From Trichosphaerium sp. ATCC 40318 (taxonomy: Eukaryota > Protista > Tubulinea): DNA of 64,000 nt. The position numbers and the translations under genes are program-made. Position 1 is the stretch's first letter. Every line of letters starts with the position of its first letter. Location: the NCBI GenBank assembly GCA_038496445.1, contig JALMLS010000479.1, forward strand, positions 209,240-273,239, in the 5' to 3' direction. Shown here piece by piece: positions 26,851-36,864 of this stretch. The notes beneath the pieces are model-generated. The model was not told where the DNA came from, searched no databases, and was given only the letters and a program-made list of their open reading frames with translations.

Positions 26851-27291
26851 GTCCGAGGTAACTGATTGCTTATGTTAGTACAGTAGAGAATGTGTAACGA
26901 AAGGGTGTCAATTTGTTTGCGGAGATTCTCGCTAAAATCCTCAAAAAATAGCCTAAAATATTATTCTCCTTCTTCCTTAACATCTTGCTGTAGTCAGAAA
27001 AGGGTGGCACAGGAAGGCCAAGCGCCATTCCAATGTCATAATATAAATGGTTTACTGCAACAACAAGGCACTACAGTAAATGTATCATTTGCTCTAAATA
27101 CAACGAATAGCGCCACACGCATCTTGAGTTTTTTTTTACACGCAAACCAAAATGAATGGCAACGATTAAGCCGTTGCTATCTTTGATTGAGTGGACTGAC
27201 TTAAGCATCGCGAAGAAAACGCCTCTAAATAGCCATACAGGTCTATTCATAGCACAAACAACAAAAAAGGACAAGCGTTTACGGATTATTA

Positions 27292-28314
27292 ATGGACGAA
27301 TACACAGAAAACACAAATACGGACCGATGCGCCCTGGTGTCGCTCCCAGTTGAAGCAATTGTTCATATCCTGAAGCAGGGAGCGTATGCGCTTCGCTCAG
27401 CTCAAACATGCCGTCTCTTGCGAGATATCATCCATAACCACATCGGATACGATTGCATTAACATTAATAGCGAAATCGAAGTGGAAATCCTCTCGAGGAG
27501 TCCTATATTGCGAAATACGTGTATCACTTACGCAAAAGACTTTGTAGTGAACGACACTCACTTGCGCTTGCTTGCAGGTGTACAAAATATCGTGTTGTAC
27601 AACTGTAAATCAATTACAGATGAGGGCGTTAAGATGCTAGCTGGCGTGCATACTATCAACCTAGCGTGTTGTAAATGGATAACAGATGAGGGTATCAAGG
27701 CATTGGCAGGTGTACATGACATAAATCTGAGACAAGTGAGTGTTACAGATGAAGGTTTGAAGGCATTGTCAGGCGTTCACACAATTTGCTTGCAGCAATG
27801 TGAGCTCATAACAGATGAAGGCATCAAGGCGTTGGCTGGTGTACATACTATCAGCTTATGGCATTGCAAGGGAATAACAGACTCAGGTATAGAGGCATTG
27901 GTTGGTGTACATGACATTGATTTAACTGGAACAAATGTCACAGATCAAGGTTTAAGGGTTTTGTCAGGCGTACATACTATCAAACTTTGTGGTTTCAAGT
28001 TGTCAGATGAGACTATTAAAGGGTTTGCTGGTGTATATGATATTGATTTATCAAATACTAATGTTACTGATGAAGGTTTAAAGGCGCTAGCAGGTGTTCA
28101 TTCTATCAATTTGGATAGCTGTCCAATAACTGATGAGGGTATCAAGGCTTTGGCTGGTGTTCATTATATTTGTTTAACGTTTACAGATGTTACAGATGTT
28201 GGTTTGAAGGCATTAGAAGGTGTCCACACCATTGTTGTATCTTATTGTGAAAATATAACCCTTTCTGGTATTAAAGCTTTGGAAAAGACTGCACATAAGG
28301 TTATATCATACTAG
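27292..28314 (+). CDS. Intronless F-box/LRR-repeat protein B (340 aa)
   Basis: F-box-like LVSLPVEAIVHIL...AQTCRLLRDII followed by about 10 repeats of [22 protein letters not shown]. Confidence 0.85.
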   Translation: MDEYTENTNTDRCALVSLPVEAIVHILKQGAYALRSAQTCRLLRDIIHNHIGYDCININSEIEVEILSRSPILRNTCITYAKDFVVNDTHLRLLAGVQNIVLYNCKSITDEGVKMLAGVHTINLACCKWITDEGIKALAGVHDINLRQVSVTDEGLKALSGVHTICLQQCELITDEGIKALAGVHTISLWHCKGITDSGIEALVGVHDIDLTGTNVTDQGLRVLSGVHTIKLCGFKLSDETIKGFAGVYDIDLSNTNVTDEGLKALAGVHSINLDSCPITDEGIKALAGVHYICLTFTDVTDVGLKALEGVHTIVVSYCENITLSGIKALEKTAHKVISY

Positions 28315-28695
28315 ATTTATCATATTCCAGAAACTATATCACAAAGTACAGCCAGGTGGATCACCAATAAACGTGTTACACTTGTTAATGTGACATTTAT
28401 TTTTGTAAGGTGTATTGTACTAGTTACTAATTAATCAGTGCTACTATTACTAGGCCTTTACTGTCAAATTTATTTATCAGGTTGTACTTCAGCGACAGAG
28501 TCCGATATCCTCACTGAGGGTATCAAAGCGTTGGCAAGTGTACGACGTATTGATGTAGCAGGAACTAGTGTTATAGAAGATGGGATTAAGGCTTTAAAAA
28601 GTTTACAGTACCTTCAGGTGCTTTGCAAGCAATTCAGCAAAGGTTTTGAAGATTCAATATATTTAGAAGGAAAAATAATAACTAGAGATGACTGA
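28315..28695 (+). pseudogene. Decayed LRR remnant downstream of gene B
   Basis: IYLSGCTS...LTEGIKALASVRRIDVAGTSVIEDGIKAL with no clear start; an LRR-like ILDLSY overlaps the gene B stop in another frame. Confidence 0.5.
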
Positions 28696-28824
28696 AATAG
28701 GACTTGTTATAAATCACCTCACCAGTTACCGTCACAGAAAAAAAACTATCACATAATCTCTGTAAAAAATTAACTATTACTTTATCCTTATGATCAACTT
28801 TGTTTATTGAAACCAGTAAAAAGA

Positions 28825-31800
28825 TTAATCATTGATTGTAATAGAAACTTTTTCTTCTTTCCATGATTCATCATCTCCATAGTAGTAAGGATCACCCATT
28901 GTATTGTTTACAACAGAATCATGTGTAGCAACTGTGAATAAAGCAACTGTTCTTGCCAGCTCGTGTTGATACCTTTCAAAAATAGTTAAAAATCACGTGT
29001 TAAAATAGCAGAAAAAACACGTGATTCTTACCCAACAATAAAATCAAAACTATTCAAGTAAGGAAATGGGAGGTCTGGGAGTTGTGGTGCGTATAATGAT
29101 TCAACTTGGAGTTTGTTCCATGCAAGGTCAGTATCATTCATCGATAGGATAAGATACATGTATGGGTACCAATCTGGGTATGTTCTCCATTGGTTGTTAC
29201 CAGCGTCAACACCAGGACTTCCCTTATTTGTTGTAAGTAAAAAGTTTCGATTGATTTAATGTTTCGGTCCTGTGGACGTACTTCATTTGTTGGGCAGCAT
29301 GAATACTCGTTACCCCACCAATTAGGTCCATATTGACCGCCACATGGATTTTTAGTCATATTACTTGGGTTAGGATAGATGCAAACACCGTCTAGAACAG
29401 AATGTTAAAAATAGATATTAAAGTAATGGTTAGTACTTTGCTTGACGTTAAATTCCAACCATTTGTATGCGCTTCCAGCCCAAATAGGATCAATTAATTC
29501 ATGAGTCATAGGTGTTATTGGTAGAATTATAATACCACACTCAAAGACGGCATTAGGACCGTAATAAGTCGCAGCATCAACTGAGTTTCCTAGAAAAAAA
29601 GTTTAAGTATTGCCTTCATTTCATATTTTGGTTGTACCGTAGAGGATTGTCATACAGCGTTTTAATCTATTAATTTCCGGAGTTGGACGATAAGACTCTT
29701 GTTCAGTCTTTTTGGGATTATGTTAGCCACGACTTATAAAGAAAAAAAAAAGACGGAAAAAAATCCAATACATTTGACATACCTGATTATCCAACATGGC
29801 GTACATTTGAACACTCTTTATTTCCATTGCAGCTAATATTCTTCCCCAATCCCGGATATTACTATCATTGGTAGCGATACCTAAATGTTACATCAGTACG
29901 ACACTCCAAAACAAACTCGCCAAAAAAGGTTACAGCCTTTTTCAATCAAAAAAAAACTTGAGCTCTCTCGATTGTAGCTTTAGTTTACCTAATAAATTCA
30001 ATGCATAGTAAGCATTAACTGCTTCTCCATGAGATTGCTGATTTACCCAAGATTTAAGTCTTCCAGAATAATCATATCCTTCAGCGTAAGAGTGGCCATC
30101 AAACCAGTCCTTAACACAGTTAAGTACCATAACACTTCTTGTATACTCAAAGGGCTAAGTACCTTATGACGAGCGAAAGTAAAATAAGGATCGTTTTGAT
30201 CATCAGGATTTGCTATATCACGTGCGAAAGCATAAGCCTGTTTTGTAAAGTCTAAAACAAAATTAATTAATTGCGAAAAATATGAGTTTTTTTGGGTCGG
30301 TTTTGTACTTTGCGTTTGGCTCTCGTTGAAGAATGTAACGTTTTTAATATTTTGTAGGTATAAAGGCCATGCCATTATCTTAATAATATATCCGTATTGA
30401 AAGTGGTGGTCATTGTAGAAGGCATTACCTGTACAATATTTAACCCAAGAAAAAAAAAGGAACCAGAAAAAATGAAAAAAGAAAGTAAACTAAGATACCA
30501 TAATTTCCAAATGCGTTGTATCCTGTTGGGTTTTGGCATCCTTCACAATATTCATCTGCAAATCGGTTATACCAACCAGTTACCAAACCACCCCATCTCA
30601 TGTCGTAGTAAACCGCCATCTATTCATAAAGTTAAAAATTTTTAAATTGAAGACAGTTTGGTTTTTTTTTTTGTTTACCTGATCACGAAGGCAAGTCAAA
30701 GTGTTGTTGATTGGCGGTGGGCAAGGTTTAGGTTCCTCATCTTGGTAAGCCAAAACGTAGTTAAAGCAATCCAAAACATGTTCTATGAGTAGTTAGAAGT
30801 TAACCCTTCCTTTCTGAGAATTTTCTTGTTTTCTCAGAAAACGGATTTTAGACTAACCTGTCATAGTGATAGCCATATCTGTTTTATTCAAGTTCCATGA
30901 AATTATGGCAATATCTGTGTACTTTGCTAAATCTCTAGGAGAAAATGATGTCAAAAGACATGAGAAGCAAATCAAGAATTCGTAGGGGTTTTTTTTGAGT
31001 TTTTCAAAAAAGAAGTCATTGACGCACCTGACGTAAGAGTATAGTTCCATACTTTTGAATCCTGGTAACCCAGGACCAGTTACATTATCCCCAGGACATT
31101 TTCCAATAAAATACTTGTAATCAAAAATGAGTTGCTCTTCAACTTTGTCTTTCATTGTTTCATCAACTTCAAGTTCATCTCCAAACCCAACTGTAGATAA
31201 TTTATACGACAAAGACCACGTTTTACCTAACAAACATGTAAATACAACGTATCACTACAAAATAACCAGCTCCCAGTACCAGTTACTGCTTGCATGACTC
31301 CACGAACCATCCAGAAAGAAGTGTTTACAGCATTTGAACGCTAAAGTTTTTTTTGTCAGTTTTGTCGGTTTTGCTGGCAACCTGGCTTCAATATTTTATT
31401 CATACCGTGTCATTAGGTAGTAGAGGCATATGATGTGGCATAGCAAGCATTACTAGTTCATCTGATTTGTTTCCTTTTACGCTACAAAATGATTAAAAAA
31501 AAGTTTTTGGTTGAAATCTGGGTTAGTACTTTGTGATCCATTCATAGTTTACTCTTGCTGTGTTATTCTTACTGTCTACATCGAAAGTAACATTTGCAGA
31601 TTCAGCCCAGACACCTTGAGATTTATATAAGAATCACATGGAGCGAAGTGTTAATCTTAAAAATACCTCTGTGTTTGTCAAGGAATGGTCCCATCTTATC
31701 TTGGAGTGTGGCACCACAACCAATCTATAAAAGAGTGAGGAGGTAGCAATGAAGGTAAGTGATTGAAGGAGACCAAATTGTGTTGATGCTTGCCTGAATT

Positions 31801-33215
31801 AGACCAGTATAAGAAGTTGTGAAGTTAATGTTACTAGGAGGTGCAGGAAAGTTCATTGACACTGGATGATCAAAATACACGTGCCACCAAGTACCATCTA
31901 ATTTATTATAATCAATTATGATAAAAGGTACCGAAATAAGATAATCGTACCAGGGTGTGGAGGACCTACAGCGACTTTCATCTACCCATCAAGGTTAGCT
32001 GTTTTCGACATATTTTTTTACAAGCAAAACTGACCTTGAAAGCATCACTGACGATACCATATGTATTTGGTGGACGGTTATTAACCTGTATAACAGGTGG
32101 CATGCCACCTAGGTTAGATCCAAAAGAGATTTTAGCGTCTTTGCAGACAATGTTGACGTAAGGAGAGCCTATAGAACAATTATTGTACATGGCAAGATAA
32201 AGTTCTTGAAGGTTACCTTTGACGAGATATACAGTTGCTACTACGTTACCACGTGCATCTGCATAATCCACTTCGGCGCTCATAGGTGTCACTTTCTTCA
32301 AAGTGGTGTTTGGTGCACCACTGAATAAAATACCAAAGTCGTACGCTGCGCTCACTATCGGGGAATACTCATCAGCATTGTAATATAATAAATCCGTGAC
32401 GTCATATTTTCTTTGTGGTACGTACTTGTTAGGTAAGGGTATGTAGCGTTCAAAATAGGAGGATCGGCATTCTTAGGTGGGTCTACATATCCTTGAGTCA
32501 TCCTTGAATCAGGTGGTACGCCTGTAAGACAACAATAAGAAATAAAACAGTTTTGGAACATTCCAACTCTTTTTTTAGTTAAAAGAGCTCAACGGTTTGC
32601 TTACCTGGGTACATTAGGTTTATATTGCTTGCTCTAGGGCTAACAACATATGGATAAACGTAAACACCTGCCCAGTGTGAAGGGCTAAAATCGTTCCAAT
32701 CATAACCTTAAAACGCACGTGTTAGAACCGTCAAGATAGGTTTTCTGTCGTAACGTCTTTTTCTATTTTGGCCAAAACGCTTTTTGTTTGTTTGCTCACC
32801 CCATAAGTTCTTCTGCCACGTGTTTGTTGGTTTTGTGGTATTAGGGAATGTACTGTTGAGTATATCCATGGCAATAGGGCCAAAAGGGTTTGGTTTAACA
32901 ATAGGATAGCGAGGGTTGGCGCAGTAGTCTTCTGGTATGATGTTATCAACTGGTAGCCATAGCTCAGAAGGATCTTGGTATTGTAAGTCGTATAAACGTT
33001 ATTATTCATCTCTTACCGGTTACGTTAGCGTCTAATAGTAGTTTAGTGTGATGTCGGTCGAGAAAACGTGATAAAATGGTAAACAGTAGAAAACAGTGAG
33101 TTCATGCTAGTGGAAGTTGTTTCGTACCTAGTGGAGCGAATGTAACGCGTTTGTATTCTGCTGCAGACATGGCGACCAACGCCAATGTCACAATAGTTAT
33201 CAACACATACTTCAT
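28825..33215 (-). CDS. Secreted glycoside hydrolase family 81 (endo-1,3-beta-glucanase-like), multi-exon
   Basis: Signal peptide MKYVLITIVTLALVAMSAA; KPTNTWQ, KGSPYV, YYDMRWGGLV, FYNDHHFQYGY, RHKDWFDGHSYAEG, NQQSHGEAVNAYYAL. Confidence 0.88.
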
Positions 33216-34467
33216 AGCTTGTTTTCAACTTTTCGAAACTGTGGAATTGTTTCAGAAGAAATGTCAAACACAACTTAACTTTGGGAAGCAACTAAGATTG
33301 AATTTTTGTCTTCATTTTATTTTCGAATCTTACTCGTGCAAGGGAATAGCATCTGCTTTAAATAAGCTTAATCTATTAATAGAAGAAAAGACTATGTTGA
33401 CTTTCCAGTCACAGTAAGCGTTTTTCAGTAAATGCTAAGCTGTTCCACAGAAGAGTGTGTTGTTCAATACTTGAATAGTAAGTCAAGCAGTTAAACATCG
33501 TAGGCACCGTATAGAAACTACATATTGTGCGGTTTTATACTCTCACCGAAATTGAATGCTTCAGTGTTGGGATTAGACCTATTACACGTCATATTCTCAA
33601 CACACCACGTTGTAAATGCTCTAGTCCCAGCCATGAAAGGTAACTTATTTTTTTGCTATAGTTTTTGTGATCACTGAGGGGGCTGCAACATAAAACTATG
33701 CTGTGAAACGGCAAGAGATATCCGACAGGCTTGCGACAGAAGCTGCAGATAAGGCATACAAAATGGTAAGAAATCGCTATTTTGTGCAATTGTAGTGTTG
33801 GTTGGTGTATTATTTTGTTATCTTCGCACTTACCAAATATTCTTGGCTATTTTTATGCAACTGGATGCAAAGAGACAAATATTAAGTGATAGAATACAAA
33901 GCTAGCATTTTCTGTCAAAAGCGGTACGATACCCCTTTAGTTAAAAAACGTGGTTGATACAAACACAGTAGGTTTCGTAGGATAGATGTAAAGTACAAAA
34001 AGGTGCAACGTATATATCTAGATACTAAAGATGAGTTTATCGTCGAGTCAACAAACGTCGAGACACGAACACGAGCAATACGCGAACTTTATTATCAGAG
34101 TTCTTTGCTTGCATGGTTTTCAGTAAACAATAGGCCTCAGCAGCCATCTAGTAGAGGTGTTTTGGCTGGTGTCCAGTCCCTTGTAGCGAAATCTCTATCT
34201 TGATCAAAGGATTCTAGTGCAGAGCATCATGGTACTAGAGTGGCACGAGTTCTGTAAAAGGTTCCGGTGTTAAAAGTAATTCAGTGATATTGTTTTAACA
34301 CCACATCCACAACACAAAGTCTGTCACTCCTAAGGAGTCGAAACAATAAAAAAAAAAGCCTTGTGCTTTGGTGTGAAAGTTGCAATCTTTTTTCCGTGAA
34401 TACTGTTTAACAAAGTCATGCTGTAGTCAATCTGCTTTTTTTTTAAACGAATTAAGGCTTAGATAAC

Positions 34468-36622
34468 ATGGGTACGAGCCAATCAACATCATTTTCAGGT
34501 CAAGGAGGCAGTTTGGTGCGTCTACGTTTAGCGTTACTCCGAATTCGTTGTTTTACAACCAGTAAACCTCTAACACGGCCTATAGTCCAATGAACCAGCT
34601 ATTGAAATAGATAAAGTCCTAAAAAAGGATCAAAATGAAATAAATAGGCTCCACAAGATCCTTAAACGCCGTGGATGGGCTGTATTTAATTTAAACAAGC
34701 GTATGAATACAATGGCAGAGGAAAGCATGAAAGCTGCAGAACGCTTCTTTTCTAAGGATAAAAAATACAAGGAGACATACCACTACCCAACGGTAATGGG
34801 ATATAACCGTACGTATCCACAAACCAAAGACAATAACGTTCATTTCACTGATTTTTTGACGAAAATATCCACAAAAAAAGTTCCAAAAACAATTGGTTTC
34901 TAACCGCTTCTACTGGCTTTTTGAGATACTAAATCTTATGTTCTAGCTGTTCCACATAAAGAGAGCTTTCGTATTCTTACTGGGAGGTATGTGAAAAGTA
35001 AGGTTGTGTCGCACAAATAACTGACTTGTTTTTTTTTTTCAGTTACATTGAAAAGTCTTTGTACCCTCAGGAACTCCAAGCTACACTTTCTCCTCTCTCC
35101 GTAATGATGGACGATGTTCTTCATCAACTTATGGAAGCAACATCCAATACATTGTTTGGATGCTCAGTAAAGGAGTTAAGCGAGCGTGTAACTCTACCAA
35201 TGCTCGAAACCGACTCAACAAAACCAAACTATGGCATGCTTGATTTCGCTCACTATTACAACAACGAGGTACGTCTACCTTGTTTTACGATAATGACGTC
35301 TTCTTTATCTTACTCATTTTTGTAGAAGCGTACAGTCCCTCCAATGAATTGCATCGCACACTACGACCCTGGGTTGTTTGCTTTAAACCTTGGGTCAAAC
35401 ACCGAAGGCTTACAACTCCATGACCCTCAAGATGATGAGTGGATTGACATACCTCCCACGTGCGCTGTATTGTGGTGTGGTTATGCTACGGAAAAAGCTT
35501 CGAATAAAGCCATACCTCCTGGTAATCATAGAATACAGTACGGAAACAAACCAAGGATAACTGTTTGGCATGAGGTACACAATTTTAGAATTGTTAAGCG
35601 CCATAGTTCTGTTTTGAGTTCTCGTTTCTGACTTTATTCTTTTTTAGGTTTGCACCGATAGGCAAGTACCCAACGAACTTCACACAAAGGGTATGCGTGG
35701 TATGATGCCAGAAAAGAAATCTCGACCTCAAAAGAAGATGTCAAACAAAAACAGAAGCAACAGGAGAAAACAACCAAAATTGACATTGATGAACAACACT
35801 GAAATTGAGAGTGGTATTCCTCTAACAAAGTCCGAGTTCCCCATCGAGGATGCATTTGATATTGATGCGCTTGAAATCGAGAGCGGCATTCCCCCAACAA
35901 AATCCGAATTCATCTCCGAAGATGATAGTGAAGATGCTGACATGAATGATGAAGACGCCTTGGCACAACTTAATGAAAATAATAAGGTATTGATCGCGGC
36001 CAGAGATGCCTTACTAGCTGAGGCTGCTGAGTTACAAAGACAAATTGGTGTTAATAAAAAACCTCCTATCAACCGAAACAAACGCGCGAAACTCGGAGAA
36101 GGAAGGACAGGAATACCACCAACAAAGAGGAAAATGCCGGCTGGGAATAATATGCTACGAGCTTTTGAAGCAAAGACAGGAATACCACGAACAAAGAAAA
36201 GGCCGTCTAGAAAAAATGTGCCATCATCACGTGAAGCAAGAACTGGTGTACCACCAACAAAGAGCATTAAATTACCTCCAATGCCAACGGCACAAACTAA
36301 CTCTGAACCAAAAGAACGTCCTAGACTTGCACCTGAAGACATTACTGGCATACCACCTACAAAGAGCGGTATAATCAGAATGCCAGTATACAACAGCGAT
36401 GAAGATCCTAAGCTTGTTCTTTCACGACCTCCAGGCGAGATGTTTACTGGTGTGCCACCAACAAAGAGTGGTATAATCAGAATGCCAGTATACAACAGCG
36501 ATGAAGATCCTAAGCTTGTTCTTTCACGACCTCCAGGCGAGATGTTTACTGGTGTGCCACCAACAAAGAGTGGTATAATGCCAGTATTCAAAGACTTTGA
36601 TAAAAATGATCCTAGTCATTGA
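34468..36622 (+). CDS. 2OG-Fe(II) dioxygenase (IPNS/DIOX-like) fused to a C-terminal tail with 8 repeated motifs
   Basis: Five-intron model MGTSQSTS...LKRRGWAVF...AERFF...MNCIAHYDPGLFAL...GLQLHD...GNHRI...PRITVWHE|VCTDRQ continuing in frame into ORF 35693-36622. HxD...H triad and RxT 2OG-binding motif present. Confidence 0.85.
36368..36579 (+). repeat. Exact 102-bp (34-codon) tandem duplication within the oxygenase tail
   Basis: GGTATAAT unit starts at 36368, 36470 and 36572; it encodes GIIRMPVYNSDEDPKLVLSRPPGEMFTGVPPTKS twice. Confidence 0.95.
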
Positions 36623-36864
36623 AAAAAAGAGGTTAAAGATTGTCTTGAATAGTGTAAAAAAGTTAGGTAATAAAAAAGAATTTCTACAGGACATTGTATG
36701 TTACTGGTTTAAGGTCGGCGAAAGACAATACTAACCTGTCAATAAAAGTTCATCCTGAACTCAGAAACAGAAAGCACTTGTTTACCAATAATGGTAGTTG
36801 TAATGGTGAGATACAGCAAGCGAAAGAAAAAACAACTTTATTTTGAAGACTGTCTACTGGTTTT

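Noticed and set aside
33660-33770. EISDRLATEAA resembling the RNase H GNExADxLA motif
   Set aside because: Needs a frameshift, has an upstream stop, and no other RNase H or RT motifs are nearby.
34003-34270. Coding-looking stretch upstream of the oxygenase
   Set aside because: No ATG, in-frame stops, no recognisable family.
35728-36591. 287-aa minus-strand ORF with FVGG repeats
   Set aside because: Antisense shadow of the oxygenase tail.
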